Source: Rhodothermales bacterium (GTDB taxonomy: Bacteria; Bacteroidota; Rhodothermia; Rhodothermales; VXPQ01). From it: 64,000 bases of DNA. The first letter of the stretch is position 1; every line of letters starts with the position of its first letter. The DNA lies in assembly GCA_040904565.1 (NCBI GenBank), contig JBBDTI010000083.1, positions 12,543 to 76,542 of the forward strand, in the 5' to 3' direction. Both the position numbers and the translations under genes were made by a program. The notes under the pieces were generated by a model. The model saw only the letters and a program-made list of their open reading frames with translations, was not told where the DNA came from and did not search any database. Positions 31,815 to 43,276 of the stretch are shown here, one piece after another.

Positions 31815-32977
31815 GATTCCGCAGGCGCATCTGTCGATACTATGAGCGGCGGCACGTCGACCCAGGTTCGTTGATGCGACGCTTCATACCCTAGCTCCGC
31901 GAGCTGGACGCCTTTTGCCCCCTCCAGCAGGTTCCACCGGAACGGTTCGTCCGCGGCCACGTGACGCAGGAAGAGCTCCCACTGTGCCTTGAACGCATTG
32001 GCGGTCGCGTCCCGCTCGGGCAGCAGCATCCAGTCGTCGTAAAACAAATGCTTCCGGTCGACATCAGGGTTCCAGACGGGCTTCGGCGTAGCCACACCGG
32101 GCTGTATCCGGCACTGGCGGAGTCCGGACACGGCCGATCCTTCCGTCCCGTCGACCTGGATCGTGAGGAGATCATCACGTCGTACGCGGACCGTCCACGA
32201 CGAATTGAACTGCGCCACCACGCCGTTTTCGAGTCGAAAGATGGCGTACGCGGCATCGTCGGCCGTCGCCTCGTACGGCTCGTCGGCTTCGTCCCATCGC
32301 CGCGTGACGTTCGTCGTAGCGAGGGCTGCCAGCGACGTCACCCGGCCGAACAGATTATCCAGCACGTACCTCCAGTGGCAGAACATGTCCAACATGATCC
32401 CGCCGCCGTCTTCCGCACGGTAGTTCCACGACGGGCGCTGCGCCGACACGCGATCTCCGTCGAAAACCCAGTACCCGAAGTCACCACGAACGGATAGTAT
32501 GCGTCCGAAAAAATTGTAGTCTCGAAGCTCCCGAAGCTTCATGAGTCCGGGAAGCCACAGCTTGTCCTGCACCACGCCGTGCTTGACGCCGCGCTCTTCG
32601 GCCGCGCGATACAGCTCGACGGCATCGTCCGTCGTAAGGGCAGTGGGCTTCTCGCAGTAGATGTGCTTTCCTGCCCGGATGGCCTTCCTGACGCTTTCGA
32701 AACGTACGTCGGTAACCTGCGCGTCGAAATAGATATCGTAGCGGTCGTCGGACAGAACGTCGTCGAGCTGCGTCGTATAGGCTTCGATGCCCGTTTCTTC
32801 GGCCAGCCGCTTCAATTTCTCCGCACTGCGCCCCACGAGCACGGGCTCTGGAACAATCCGCTCATCGCCGACGAGGATGCCTCCCTGCTCGATGATCGGG
32901 AGAATGGACCGCTTGAGATGCTGATTCCGGCCCATGCGCCCCGTGACGCCGTTCATGATGATGCCTACCTTACGCAT
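31811..32977 (-). CDS. Gfo/Idh/MocA family oxidoreductase
   Basis: NGVTGRMG, GKHIYCEKP and GGG..LDM..HW motifs. Confidence 0.9.
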   Translation of the reverse strand: MRKVGIIMNGVTGRMGRNQHLKRSILPIIEQGGILVGDERIVPEPVLVGRSAEKLKRLAEETGIEAYTTQLDDVLSDDRYDIYFDAQVTDVRFESVRKAIRAGKHIYCEKPTALTTDDAVELYRAAEERGVKHGVVQDKLWLPGLMKLRELRDYNFFGRILSVRGDFGYWVFDGDRVSAQRPSWNYRAEDGGGIMLDMFCHWRYVLDNLFGRVTSLAALATTNVTRRWDEADEPYEATADDAAYAIFRLENGVVAQFNSSWTVRVRRDDLLTIQVDGTEGSAVSGLRQCRIQPGVATPKPVWNPDVDRKHLFYDDWMLLPERDATANAFKAQWELFLRHVAADEPFRWNLLEGAKGVQLAELGYEASHQRTWVDVPPLIVSTDAPAES

Positions 32978-33419
32978 CGTTTACCCTGGTGTGCTGGGGA
33001 TGGGCACCATCGGGAAGCGAAGGCACGTCCACACCGGCTCTAGGAAGCGTGCCCGACAGCTCTTGACGCCAGTGGTCGACGTCTCCGGCCGGCGCGTAGC
33101 AATACAACATCCTGAGCGGTACATCGCCCGTGTTCGTGAGCTGATGATACGCATCCGGGGGAATGAAGACTGCCTGACCTGCTTTCAGGGTTTGCCGCTC
33201 GTCACCGATGCACATTTCTCCCGTTCCCTCGATCACGAAGTAGACCTCTTCCTGAGGGTGGTTATGCCACGGTACCTGGCCGCCGCGCGGTTCGAGGACG
33301 GCCACGCCCATACTGAAATGCTCAGCTTCCACTGGAGACGCTCCACCGACCAGGTTCTTCGTCAATCGTCGGGCCGGGTACGTCCGCCCTTCCATCGTCT
33401 CTAAATCGGCTATCGTCAT
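32970..33419 (-). CDS. Cupin domain protein
   Basis: PWHNH.QEEVY...EG.G and FIPP..YHQL.N motifs. Confidence 0.9.
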   Translation of the reverse strand: MTIADLETMEGRTYPARRLTKNLVGGASPVEAEHFSMGVAVLEPRGGQVPWHNHPQEEVYFVIEGTGEMCIGDERQTLKAGQAVFIPPDAYHQLTNTGDVPLRMLYCYAPAGDVDHWRQELSGTLPRAGVDVPSLPDGAHPQHTRVNDA

Positions 33420-33464
33420 CCAGACGCTCTATCAGGTTGGAAAATGACTTAGATCAATGTTAGA

Positions 33465-34433
33465 TCAGTGCATGAGGCCGAGTCGATCGGCGATATCTCT
33501 GAGCACCGCCGCGTCCGACGCCGAACGCCGTTGGCCGTCCGGGTGGGGCGCGTCGCTGCCGATCCAGCCTCTTACCTTCAGAAACTGGGCGGCGCTGTGC
33601 TTATAAGCCGGTACGGGAGGTCTAAATGCAAAAAAGCCGAGGTACTGGAGCACGTCGTTGATCTCATAAAAGGCGGCATCGCCCGCCTCCCACAACGCGT
33701 CCCGACGCGCGAACACGTCCGGCGCGAAGGTGCTCAGGCCCAGCAGATAGTCGCTTCCATACATCACCATGTCGATGGCAAGATCGTTGCCGGTATACAC
33801 CTTGAAATCGGGGCGCCGATCATCCCGCAGCGCAAGCCGCTTCCACTCCAACTCGCGATTCAGGGATGAGTGCTTGGCACCGCTGCAGGAAGGAATGTCT
33901 AGCAATTGGGCATACGTTTCAAGCTCATAGATCTTGCCGAAAGACGCAAACATCCGGCCCAGCTCGAACGCGATAAAATCGTCGCACCACTCCCCGATAC
34001 GCGCATACGCGTCGACGACGGCCTGGGGCGACCGTGAGGTAAGCCCGTACGACTGAAAGATGATCGGGCGCCCGCCTTCCTGCAGAATCTGATCGACCTG
34101 ATTGCGGTAGGCGCGTTCATTCCAGGCGTCTCCCGGCTGGTCCGTGACATAGGCGCCCGCGACGAAATCCGATCCCTGCACGACATCCCGCGTCTCTCGA
34201 AGCACCCGCCGGCGCGTCGACTCATCAATGAGATTAACGTAGCCGGTATCCATATTAACGGCCGGCGTAAGGCCCGCCTCGTGCGTCCGCCCTACGTGCT
34301 CACGCAGGTCATCCCACGCCACGCAGCCTTCGTCATCGAAGGGTAGAAGAATGGCGGATATGCCCGTAATGCTGCGCCGCGGGCGGATTCGTAGAGCCGG
34401 ATGCACTATGTCTTCCACGTCCTCGTCCGCCAT
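33465..34433 (-). CDS. Dihydrodipicolinate synthase-like (class I aldolase TIM barrel) protein
   Basis: AILLPF, NMDTG, GAKHSS (Schiff-base Lys) and YTGND motifs; start taken at ATG 34433. Confidence 0.8.
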   Translation of the reverse strand: MADEDVEDIVHPALRIRPRRSITGISAILLPFDDEGCVAWDDLREHVGRTHEAGLTPAVNMDTGYVNLIDESTRRRVLRETRDVVQGSDFVAGAYVTDQPGDAWNERAYRNQVDQILQEGGRPIIFQSYGLTSRSPQAVVDAYARIGEWCDDFIAFELGRMFASFGKIYELETYAQLLDIPSCSGAKHSSLNRELEWKRLALRDDRRPDFKVYTGNDLAIDMVMYGSDYLLGLSTFAPDVFARRDALWEAGDAAFYEINDVLQYLGFFAFRPPVPAYKHSAAQFLKVRGWIGSDAPHPDGQRRSASDAAVLRDIADRLGLMH

Positions 34434-34437
34434 CGCG

Positions 34438-35352
34438 CTACGCCTGCAGGGAACGCAGATATTCGAGGCTGTTCCCGATGACTTCGATGGGATTCGTGTG
34501 CTCGTACTCGATAAAGTACAGTTCCGCACCTACCTCCTCCGCCTTGCGGAGAATGGAAGGCCAGTCCATCAAGCCCTCCCCTATCGGAACCTGCAGCTCC
34601 AGGGGGGCATGACCGGTAAGATCGCCGCCGGTCGTGCCCTGCCTCATATCTTTGATGTGCAATGAGGGGAAGCGCCCTGGATATCGCTCCATCAGGGCAA
34701 TAGGATCCTGTCCCGGCCACCGCACCCAGAACACGTCGAGCTGTACGTCTACCACGCCTGGCTCGGTCTCCTCTATGAACCGGTCGAACAGCGTTCCACC
34801 TTCCTCCGCCTCGTGAAATTCATAGCCGTGCGCGTGATAAGCGAACCGGAGTCCTTCGCTCTGATACGCTTCACCGGCCGCCGTGAAGTCCGCGATGGCG
34901 CGGTTCATGTCATCCGACGAGAACGGCTCTTCGTGGGGGATCCACGGCACGACGACCCAGGGCGAACCGAGCGTCCGGGCTTCTTCCGCGACAGCCTCCG
35001 TCTCGCCGACGGCGCGTTCGTAAGACATGTGCATGCTCTGCACGTCGAGTCCCACGTCGTCGAGGAGGCCGCGGTACTCCGCCGCCGCCATATCGTGAAG
35101 GCTGTAGGTCTCTACGATGTCGAACCCGGCGGACTTCACGGCGCGCAGCGTGCCTTCAAGATCTGCATCCAGTTCGTTTCGGACGCTGTAGAGCTGCACG
35201 CCGACGGGTCCGTCGAACGCCGTGGCCTCGCCCGCACCGGCAGCGGACGATTCGACGTCGCCCGCCTGTTCGCCGCATCCCGCTACCGACAGCGCCGCAG
35301 GAACGGCAAGTACGGATCCCAGTCTCGTCAGAAAGTCGCGTCGATTCGTCAT
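34438..35352 (-). CDS. Tat-exported sugar phosphate isomerase/epimerase (xylose-isomerase-like TIM barrel)
   Basis: NRRDFL Tat motif, possible lipobox [23 protein letters not shown] and FIEYE motifs. Confidence 0.88.
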   Translation of the reverse strand: MTNRRDFLTRLGSVLAVPAALSVAGCGEQAGDVESSAAGAGEATAFDGPVGVQLYSVRNELDADLEGTLRAVKSAGFDIVETYSLHDMAAAEYRGLLDDVGLDVQSMHMSYERAVGETEAVAEEARTLGSPWVVVPWIPHEEPFSSDDMNRAIADFTAAGEAYQSEGLRFAYHAHGYEFHEAEEGGTLFDRFIEETEPGVVDVQLDVFWVRWPGQDPIALMERYPGRFPSLHIKDMRQGTTGGDLTGHAPLELQVPIGEGLMDWPSILRKAEEVGAELYFIEYEHTNPIEVIGNSLEYLRSLQA

Positions 35353-35404
35353 GGCATATCCCTCCGGTTCAATGAAGCGTCACAGAGATTGTACGTGGCA
35401 AAGA

Positions 35405-36280
35405 CTAGACGTCGCAAAGCTCGACGGCTTCGCGCAGACTGACGAGCGGCGTGCGGGCCGGAATAAATTCCTGCGCCACGTACCCTTCGAAACCCGTCTC
35501 CTTGATGGCTCGCATGATGGCCGGGTAGTTTAGCTCCTGAGACTCGTCGATTTCATTGCGCCCCGGGTTCCCACCCGTGTGGTAGTGCCCTATGTACTGA
35601 TGGTTGTCACGAATCGTGCGGATCACGTCGCCCTCCATGATCTGCATGTGGTAGATGTCGTACAGCAACTTGAACCGGTCCGAACCCACGCGTCGAACGA
35701 GTTCGACCCCCCATTCCGTGCGATCGCACATGTAATCCGGATGGTCGACCTTGCTGTTGAGCAGCTCCATGCACACCGTTACGCCATGCCGTTCCGCCTC
35801 GCCTACGATCTGCCGGATCCCGACGGCGCAATTCTCCAGTCCCGTTTCGTCGTCCATCCCCCGGCGATTTCCCGAGAAACAGATCACGTTGGGAAATCCG
35901 GCGTCGGCTACGTGCCGGATAACCTCCTTATACCCGTCCACCATCCGGGCATGGTTCTCGACGCGGTTAAAGCCGTCCGCGATCGTACTGGGCCCCATCG
36001 TCATGGCACAGACGAGTCCATGCTCCTTCAGGGTCGGAAAGTCCTCGACGCCGAGCAGCTCGACGGACTGCATGCCTATCGAGCTGGCAAAAGCTGCCAG
36101 CTGATCGACCGTCAGGTCTCCGTAGCACCACTTACACACCGAATGCTTGATCTGGCCGGCTCGTCGACGGCGTGCCGACGCGTTACCCGCACCGGCCGCC
36201 TTTACGGATCCGGCCACGAGGGACGATCCGGCCGCGGCGATGCCCGACTGCAAAAACTCTCTGCGTTTCATGCGACTCAC
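35405..36280 (-). CDS. Tat-exported hydroxypyruvate isomerase-like TIM barrel protein
   Basis: KRREFL Tat motif; [18 protein letters not shown] and HYHTGG.PGRNE motifs. Confidence 0.88.
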   Translation of the reverse strand: MSRMKRREFLQSGIAAAGSSLVAGSVKAAGAGNASARRRRAGQIKHSVCKWCYGDLTVDQLAAFASSIGMQSVELLGVEDFPTLKEHGLVCAMTMGPSTIADGFNRVENHARMVDGYKEVIRHVADAGFPNVICFSGNRRGMDDETGLENCAVGIRQIVGEAERHGVTVCMELLNSKVDHPDYMCDRTEWGVELVRRVGSDRFKLLYDIYHMQIMEGDVIRTIRDNHQYIGHYHTGGNPGRNEIDESQELNYPAIMRAIKETGFEGYVAQEFIPARTPLVSLREAVELCDV

Positions 36281-38250
36281 CGGTTCTGTCTGTTGTCTAC
36301 GAGGTCGGCGACGACGCCGGCGTCGGCCAGCGTGGACGTATCGCCGAGATCCTGATGTTCGTTAGCGGCGATCCTGCGAAGTATACGGCGCATAATCTTG
36401 CCGGACCGTGTCTTGGGCAACGAGGGCGCAAACTGGATGAAGTCGGGCTTTGCAATCGGTCCAATCTCATTGCGGACGTGCTGGACGAGCTCGTCGCGAA
36501 GGGCGCCTGTCGCATCGACTCCGGCGACGAGCGTCACGTAACAGTAAATCCCCTGTCCCTTGATGTCGTGCGGGTAGCCGACGACGGCCGCTTCGGCGAC
36601 AAGCTCGTGAGAAACGAGAGCGCTCTCAATCTCCGCCGTACCCATGCGATGGCCGGATACGTTGAGCACGTCGTCTACCCGCCCGGTAATCCAGTAATAA
36701 CCATCGTCGTCCCGGCGGCACCCGTCGCCTGTAAAATAATTCCCTTCGAACTGACTGAAGTACGTGCGCACGAATCGGTCATGGTCCTTATAGACGGTGC
36801 GCATCTGGCCCGGCCAGGAATCCCGTATCACCAGCAGTCCCTCGGCTTCGCCTTCCTGCATCGTGCCGTTCTGATCCACGACCGCCGGTTGAATGCCGAA
36901 GAACGGTAGCGTCGCCGAACCCGGCTTCTGAGCGATGGCACCGGGTAGCGGCGTGATCATGATCCCTCCCGTTTCCGTCTGCCACCAGGTATCGACGATC
37001 GGGCAACTGCCGCGGCCGATCTTTTCGTGGTACCATTTCCACGCCTCCGGATTGATGGGTTCGCCGACGGTGCCAAGTACGCGCAGCGAACCGCGGTCCG
37101 TCGTATTGACGTAGTCGTCACCTTCGCGCATGAGCGCACGGATGGCCGTCGGCGCCGTATAGAAGATCGACACGTTGTGCTTGTCTACGACCTCCCAGAG
37201 ACGGGAAGCGTCGGGATAGGTGGGCGTGCCTTCGAAGAACACTTGCGTCGCGGCGTTAACGAGCGGACCGTAGACCATGTACGAATGGCCCGTGATCCAG
37301 CCCACGTCCGCCGTACACCAGAAAATATCGTCTTCGTGATAGTCAAAGACGTACTGATGCGTCAGCGACGTAAAAACGAGGTATCCCGCCGTGGTGTGAA
37401 GCACCCCCTTCGGCTTGCCGGTGGAGCCGGAGGTGTACAGAATGAAGAGTGGATCTTCGGCCTTCATTTCTGCCGGCTCACACACGGCGTCGACGTGCTC
37501 TCGCAGATCGTGATACCAGGCATCCCGTCCGTCGACCATGTCAACGCCCGATCCCGTGCGCTCCACGACGACGACGGTATCGACGTCGGGGCAACGCTCG
37601 AGCGCCTTGTCGGCGTTCTTCTTCAGCGGGACGTGTTTCCCGGCGCGAACGCCTTCGTCGGCCGTGACGAGCACGGTCGAATCGCAGTCCAGCATGCGAT
37701 CGGCGAGGGAATCCGGAGAGAACCCCGCGAACACGACCGAGTGTACGGCGCCGATCCGCGCGCAGGCCAGCATCGCGTACGCGGCCTCAGGAATCATGGG
37801 GAGATAAATCGTAACCCTGTCTCCTTTTTCTACACCCGCGTCCTTCAGGACATTGGCGAACGTACAAACCTCTTCGTGCAGCTCGGCGTAGGAGATGCGT
37901 CTCGACGCCTCTGTCGGGTCATCCGGCTCGAAAATGAATGCCGTTCGGTCGGCGTGCTGATCGAGGTGCCTGTCAACGCAGTTGTAACAGGCGTTCAGCG
38001 TTCCCCCTTCATACCAGCGAACGTGCAGGTCTCGCGTGGCATACGACACGTCTTTCACTGTTTCGTACGGCCTGTACCAGTCGATCCGTTCGGCCTGTTC
38101 AGCCCAGAATCCTTCCGGATCTTCAACGGATCTACGATACATCTCGTCGTATTCCTCGCGCGATGAAATCCACGCCCGCTTTTTAAAATACTCGGGGGCG
38201 TCATAGACGTCGGCATTTCCGGAATACGCGGCGGTTACTTGGTCAGACAT
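36277..38250 (-). CDS. acs: Acetyl-CoA synthetase
   Basis: [32 protein letters not shown] and [11 protein letters not shown] motifs. Confidence 0.97.
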   Translation of the reverse strand: MSDQVTAAYSGNADVYDAPEYFKKRAWISSREEYDEMYRRSVEDPEGFWAEQAERIDWYRPYETVKDVSYATRDLHVRWYEGGTLNACYNCVDRHLDQHADRTAFIFEPDDPTEASRRISYAELHEEVCTFANVLKDAGVEKGDRVTIYLPMIPEAAYAMLACARIGAVHSVVFAGFSPDSLADRMLDCDSTVLVTADEGVRAGKHVPLKKNADKALERCPDVDTVVVVERTGSGVDMVDGRDAWYHDLREHVDAVCEPAEMKAEDPLFILYTSGSTGKPKGVLHTTAGYLVFTSLTHQYVFDYHEDDIFWCTADVGWITGHSYMVYGPLVNAATQVFFEGTPTYPDASRLWEVVDKHNVSIFYTAPTAIRALMREGDDYVNTTDRGSLRVLGTVGEPINPEAWKWYHEKIGRGSCPIVDTWWQTETGGIMITPLPGAIAQKPGSATLPFFGIQPAVVDQNGTMQEGEAEGLLVIRDSWPGQMRTVYKDHDRFVRTYFSQFEGNYFTGDGCRRDDDGYYWITGRVDDVLNVSGHRMGTAEIESALVSHELVAEAAVVGYPHDIKGQGIYCYVTLVAGVDATGALRDELVQHVRNEIGPIAKPDFIQFAPSLPKTRSGKIMRRILRRIAANEHQDLGDTSTLADAGVVADLVDNRQNR

Positions 38251-38294
38251 TACGTAAAGCCTCTATTGAGTTGCTAGCGGTTGGTCGGTGCCTG

Positions 38295-38330
38295 CTGTCG
38301 GATGCACTGTTGGATGCACTGTCGAATCCA
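38295..38330. repeat. 3 x 12-bp tandem repeat upstream of acs
   Basis: ctgtcggatgca ctgttggatgca ctgtcgaatcca. Confidence 0.8.
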
Positions 38331-38440
38331 CGGAGCCATCGGGCCGCCGAACCGGACAGCCGGGGGCGCGATACCGCCGGAGACGACGGTTCGCGCGCAC
38401 GAATCGACATCCAGCACGGCTGTATTACAGCCAGCGAGCA

Positions 38441-40384
38441 CTATCTGCGGTGGAGGGTATATCGTTCCGCAAGCCCGTCCTGCAGATCGGCCGCACGTGA
38501 AAACGCGTCGCGCAAAAGACGCTGCTGCATTTTATTCAGCGTGGATGCATCGATTTCATTCACGGGCGGGTCCCCCATTTCTACGGCGTGCAGCTGACTT
38601 TCGAGCCGAAAGTCAACCAGGTACTGGAACGCTTCGAGGGCGTGGTCGATGGTTTTCCGCATATCGTCCAGTTCATCAGACGCATGCCGGAGCCGGTCGA
38701 ACGTGTTCGACGATTCGAGATACCGAAGCTCGAGCGCGAGGACGCGCGCAGCGGCTTCGATGGGACGAATACCGCCTTCCACGACGTCGAACGTGTGGCG
38801 ACCGTCGCTTACACGATCCAGCACCATGCGAATCAGTCCGGTCGGCGGGCGGAATTCCATGGCATTTGCCGCCATCAATCTAAGAAACGTACGGCTCTCG
38901 TCCATAGCCTGAACGTTTAGCGCATCCAGGATGTCTTCTTTCAGCGCGTCGACCAGCGTGTCATCGCCGAAAACACACCGAAGATCGAAAAACATGGGTG
39001 TCGGCGACAGCGATTTCTTGTCAGATTGCAAGATCCATTCACGGTACGTCCGCTTCCAGGCACCGATCGGCTGCCTCCAGCGGGCGTCCTGCGCTACGTA
39101 TTCGCTCGGCGTAAAGCCGATTTCGGTTAGTGCGTCGTTGACGTACTCGGCGATGCGATTGAACCACGTCTCCGCGCGCGCCTTTTCCTCGTCGGATTTC
39201 GGGTCGGAATAGACCAGCGCGTTGTGCTGCTCGGAGTTGAGCGCCATTTCCTGTCGCCCGCCGCTGCCGAGGCGGATCCAGGCCCACGACAGGTCTACCC
39301 CGTCACCAAATTCTTCCTCCCGCATCCGTTGGTCGACGAGATCCAGGACGCGCAGCACGAGACGATCGTAGAGTTGCATCATGGTTCGATTCAACATCTC
39401 CGGTAGCGCCCCCTGTCCGTACAGGTTCAGCAAGTGTCCGTGGATCGCCGGACGGATTCCCGCAAGCTCGGTGACGCTGGACGCACGATCGATGCGGTCC
39501 GCCGTCGCGACGAGATCCTCGCCTCTGAAATGGGCGAGGTCACGATCCGAGAGGATGCCGATCGGCTTATCCGATCCCTCCGATTCGACCATAACGACCC
39601 GACGCACGCGTCGCGTGAGCATCGTCATCATCGCCTCGTAGAGATTCGCTTCCATGGAAATGGTGACGGCGGGCGACGTCATGAGATCGCCAACCGACGA
39701 AGGTCCGGACCATCCGTGTGTCGCTACGTGACGAAGCAGATCCGCGCCCGTGAGGATGCCGACCAGTGCGTCGTTCTCCACGACCGCGATAGCCTCCACG
39801 CCGAGGTCGTCCATCGTTCTGGCGGTCTCCTCTACGCTGGAGGTCGGTTCACAGCAAACGAGTGCTGGATGCGCGAACTGACCGAGATTACGGCTAAATA
39901 GAAGATACTCCGCGGATACGTCCGTGGCGGATCCCATACGCCGCACGAACATCCGGATCTCACCGTCGAAGTGGGCCGCGAACGACTCCTGCGTGTCGTA
40001 GAGCTTCTGAAATCGGTCACCGCTTACCTGCACGCAGACCGTTGGCGTGACGGCCTTCGCTTGGTAGATCGTCGTTCCGCCCTTGATAAGTCCGAAAGAG
40101 CCGAAATGCTCACCCTCACCGACCTTTCCGATCAGTCTCTGCCGCATGACGTCCATCAGTCGCACGAGCCCGGATTCGATCAGATACAGGTTCGGGTGAC
40201 TCGTAGAACCATGCTCGATGATGATTTCGCCAGCATCGAAATACTCGATCGACACGTCCGTTAGAAGCTCCCGTCGAGCCTCGTCCGGAAGCTGATCGAA
40301 CGGTGGGGTCGATTCAAGCACCACCGAAATGCGTTCTATGATCGGGGACGAACTCATGTCGTTCTTCTTTCCATTCTCGATCAA
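38441..40384 (-). CDS. cNMP-binding + CBS pair + DUF294 nucleotidyltransferase-like signalling protein
   Basis: cNMP domain (IESG.V, GEHFG), CBS (GILT..DL, GILSDRDL) and GS.GR.E...NAL..FFDLR DUF294 region. Confidence 0.88.
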   Translation of the reverse strand: MIENGKKNDMSSSPIIERISVVLESTPPFDQLPDEARRELLTDVSIEYFDAGEIIIEHGSTSHPNLYLIESGLVRLMDVMRQRLIGKVGEGEHFGSFGLIKGGTTIYQAKAVTPTVCVQVSGDRFQKLYDTQESFAAHFDGEIRMFVRRMGSATDVSAEYLLFSRNLGQFAHPALVCCEPTSSVEETARTMDDLGVEAIAVVENDALVGILTGADLLRHVATHGWSGPSSVGDLMTSPAVTISMEANLYEAMMTMLTRRVRRVVMVESEGSDKPIGILSDRDLAHFRGEDLVATADRIDRASSVTELAGIRPAIHGHLLNLYGQGALPEMLNRTMMQLYDRLVLRVLDLVDQRMREEEFGDGVDLSWAWIRLGSGGRQEMALNSEQHNALVYSDPKSDEEKARAETWFNRIAEYVNDALTEIGFTPSEYVAQDARWRQPIGAWKRTYREWILQSDKKSLSPTPMFFDLRCVFGDDTLVDALKEDILDALNVQAMDESRTFLRLMAANAMEFRPPTGLIRMVLDRVSDGRHTFDVVEGGIRPIEAAARVLALELRYLESSNTFDRLRHASDELDDMRKTIDHALEAFQYLVDFRLESQLHAVEMGDPPVNEIDASTLNKMQQRLLRDAFSRAADLQDGLAERYTLHRR

Positions 40385-42237
40385 CCTTCCGTTTGGGCGA
40401 TGATTTGCGAATAGACAACCTCCGCTCGAACGAGTCCGCGAAGGGCGTTACAGAAATAGACGGCATCCGCCCGCTCAAGGTCCGGCTGCGTCAGGATAGA
40501 TTCGCGCATGCGCGGGTCCGTTTCGAGAAGATACTGCCGGTACACGCCGGGGAGCGCGCCGCTTTGGACGGGCGGCGTGATACGGGCTTCGCCGAACTCG
40601 GCGATAATGTTCGAACGGGCCCCTTCCGCCACGTCGCCGCGCTCGTTCAAGAAGATCACCTCGTCGTATCCCTCATGCATCGCCGCTCGGAGCGCTTCGT
40701 CGTATCGATCTCTCCGCGTCGTCTTGTGTCGTCGAAAAACGTTTCCCGCGTCGATAGGATCGTCTGATATTCGTGCCCGCCACCGGCGTCCGTCCGCTTC
40801 ATCGAGTGGACTCGTTTCCACGAAGACGCTGCCTTCACGCGACAACGTCGCCCGCACCCGGTAGACGCCTTTCTCGGGCACGGCCTCGACGACGCCACCC
40901 CGGTACGACGCCTCGTCGAACGCAAACCCAAGCATTGTCGCAGACGACCTCAGCCGATCGATGTGTCTCTCCAGAAGCGCGATGTCCCCAGCTCGACTCT
41001 GCATCGTCTCAATTAGCAATAACGGAGGTTTGTTCGCCGCACGCTCCCCCTTCGGGTCTATGCCGTCCATCTGGGCTGTAAGGAAATCGGCCTTGAGCAG
41101 GCATTCGTCGTATTCCGCGGCCGGGTCCGAATCCCATACGATGCCGCTGCCGATGCCGAGGCGTGCCGTACGGCAGCGTACTGTCGTCGTCCGAATCGCT
41201 ACGTTAAAAATGGCTCGCTCCCCGTGCATGTATCCGACGGCACCGCAGTAGACCCCGCGCGACTCCGGCTCGTATCGGTCGATAAGCTCCATCGCTCGGA
41301 TTTTTGGGGCACCCGTAACCGATCCACAGGGAAACAAGGCCTCGAAAACGTCCGGCGTTCGCATCCCGGTGCGAAGACGCCCCTGCACTTCCGAGGTCAT
41401 CTGAATAACCGTACGGTATCGCTCCGTGGCAAACAGCTCGGGAACCTGCACGGAGCCCGGAATGCAGCACCTGGACAGGTCGTTCCGCAGCAGATCGACG
41501 ATCATCAGGTTTTCGGCGCGACTCTTCTCATCAAGCGACAGCCACCGTTCCAGCGCGTCGTCCTCGTCCGGGTCTTCGCCGCGTCGTACCGTACCTTTCA
41601 TCGGCCGGGTAACGACGAACTCGCCGCACCGATCGAAGAAGAGCTCCGGCGAACAGCTCACTACCTGAATCTCCCCGGTGTCGACGAAGGCCGCGTATGG
41701 GACGGGCTGGCGTGCCGTGAGCAGCTCGAACAGCCGGTACGGCGCCGATTCCGGTACAAAATCCAGAGGACCCGTAAAATTAATCTGATAAACGTCACCC
41801 TCCCGGATGTGCTCGCGGAGCCGCGCAATGGTGTCACGATACGAAGCGGCATCGTAAGCGAAGCGGGCGTCCGCCAAGGCAGCACTCGGACGGCCTGAGG
41901 CCCCATCAGGAACGTCGGCGGAGCCGCGGCGAGCGGGACTGGAGGCGAACGAGCGGTCGTAGACCCCCATCCAAACGAGTGGACCGTTCGGCTCCTTGGC
42001 CCGATACGCACGATCGAACGCCGGCGCGGCCTCATACGCGACAAATCCGGCTACGTGCATGCCGCTTTCCGCTGCCCTGCAGGCACGAGAGAGCACGTGC
42101 CGGACGTCCCGCACCTCCCGCGCGACGAATACCTCTACGGGCGAGCGAAAGGTGACGTCGCCGAGACCGCGCCATCCCGGGCCGAATCGTATCAAGCCTG
42201 CTTCTTCCGAAGCCGTGAAATCGTTCGGTCTATTCAT
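40381..42237 (-). CDS. pabB: Fused aminodeoxychorismate synthase component I / ADC lyase (PabB-PabC)
   Basis: GDVYQIN, SPELF, PMKGT, ENLMIVDLLRND and GSVTGAPK motifs followed by class IV aminotransferase motifs HKTT.R, EG.RSN, LPGV.R, NALRG; start taken at ATG 42237. Confidence 0.92.
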   Translation of the reverse strand: MNRPNDFTASEEAGLIRFGPGWRGLGDVTFRSPVEVFVAREVRDVRHVLSRACRAAESGMHVAGFVAYEAAPAFDRAYRAKEPNGPLVWMGVYDRSFASSPARRGSADVPDGASGRPSAALADARFAYDAASYRDTIARLREHIREGDVYQINFTGPLDFVPESAPYRLFELLTARQPVPYAAFVDTGEIQVVSCSPELFFDRCGEFVVTRPMKGTVRRGEDPDEDDALERWLSLDEKSRAENLMIVDLLRNDLSRCCIPGSVQVPELFATERYRTVIQMTSEVQGRLRTGMRTPDVFEALFPCGSVTGAPKIRAMELIDRYEPESRGVYCGAVGYMHGERAIFNVAIRTTTVRCRTARLGIGSGIVWDSDPAAEYDECLLKADFLTAQMDGIDPKGERAANKPPLLLIETMQSRAGDIALLERHIDRLRSSATMLGFAFDEASYRGGVVEAVPEKGVYRVRATLSREGSVFVETSPLDEADGRRWRARISDDPIDAGNVFRRHKTTRRDRYDEALRAAMHEGYDEVIFLNERGDVAEGARSNIIAEFGEARITPPVQSGALPGVYRQYLLETDPRMRESILTQPDLERADAVYFCNALRGLVRAEVVYSQIIAQTEG

Positions 42238-43231
42238 TGCGGCATGCACGTTCGTCACCGCAAGAAGAGGCGGCCGCACCGGAAGTGGAGCCGGTCGTGC
42301 CCTGCAGCGGGCGAACGTCGCGCCCGTACTCCGACACGCCGAAATGGTCCAGGACCGCCATCATGCGATCGACGGCCTCGTCATCAAAATACGCCATCCA
42401 CTTAGAAAGCTGCCGATTTACGTCGTCGTTGAACGTTGCGCGCCTCGTCGTGCTGCTCGCTCGTCCGGCAGCCGCAAAGATGCCCGGCGGCGGCTCCATC
42501 CTCCAGCGATCAAATATCCGTCGAATCTGGGCATCGGAATCCGCAAGCAAATCCTCATAGTAAACGGTAATCCAGTCCACGTCGTTACGCGGGCTGCGCA
42601 GCGGCACCAGGTTGGTCAGACACCACTGCGCCACCAGTCCCTCGTACACGGTTTCAAGGCTCTGGACGTAGGCTTCATGCTCGCGGTAATAGCTATCGAA
42701 CGGGCCCTTCGGCACCTCGAAACCCTCGTAATCCTCCCAGGCCCCATAACGCAGCTGCGAAGCCACGACGGCAAATGGATGACGTACCAAGTAGACGGGC
42801 TCGTAAGCCAGGTCGAACGTGGCCGACATCCAGGGGAGCAACGCATTGCCGCGGCATACCTTCACGACCATTCGCTCCGCCCGCGCGAGCCCGATCGGAT
42901 CCTGGCACGTCCAGTGATCGATGAGGTCTCCTCGAAACAAACGTTCGAACCGCTGCCGTGCCTCCTCCCAGTCGGCGTCGGGCGGCACATACTGACGCAG
43001 CGAAAAATTCAGATCGTCGAAGAAGGAAACGTTCGCGACGTTCAGCGGCTCCCACAGGAGCACGGTCCGCGGCACGGTCATCAACATCTCCGCCAGCCAC
43101 GTACTTCCGCCCCTCGGATCGCTGAATACGAGCAAGTTCTCGGTCGGATCGAAGCGCGCGAACGGGCGAACCAGGTTGCACGCTCCCTTCAACAGCCACG
43201 TTCGCGCCGTATATAAAAGCTTGTGCATCAT
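42230..43231 (-). CDS. Sulfotransferase-family protein
   Basis: PRGGSTWL (5'-PSB loop), EP, VRHP.AVVAS (3'-PB) and YEDL motifs. Confidence 0.82.
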   Translation of the reverse strand: MMHKLLYTARTWLLKGACNLVRPFARFDPTENLLVFSDPRGGSTWLAEMLMTVPRTVLLWEPLNVANVSFFDDLNFSLRQYVPPDADWEEARQRFERLFRGDLIDHWTCQDPIGLARAERMVVKVCRGNALLPWMSATFDLAYEPVYLVRHPFAVVASQLRYGAWEDYEGFEVPKGPFDSYYREHEAYVQSLETVYEGLVAQWCLTNLVPLRSPRNDVDWITVYYEDLLADSDAQIRRIFDRWRMEPPPGIFAAAGRASSTTRRATFNDDVNRQLSKWMAYFDDEAVDRMMAVLDHFGVSEYGRDVRPLQGTTGSTSGAAASSCGDERACRNE

Positions 43232-43276
43232 TCCGATTCCCTCGCCGCGATGAAATCCGGCCGGGCCCTTCGATCG

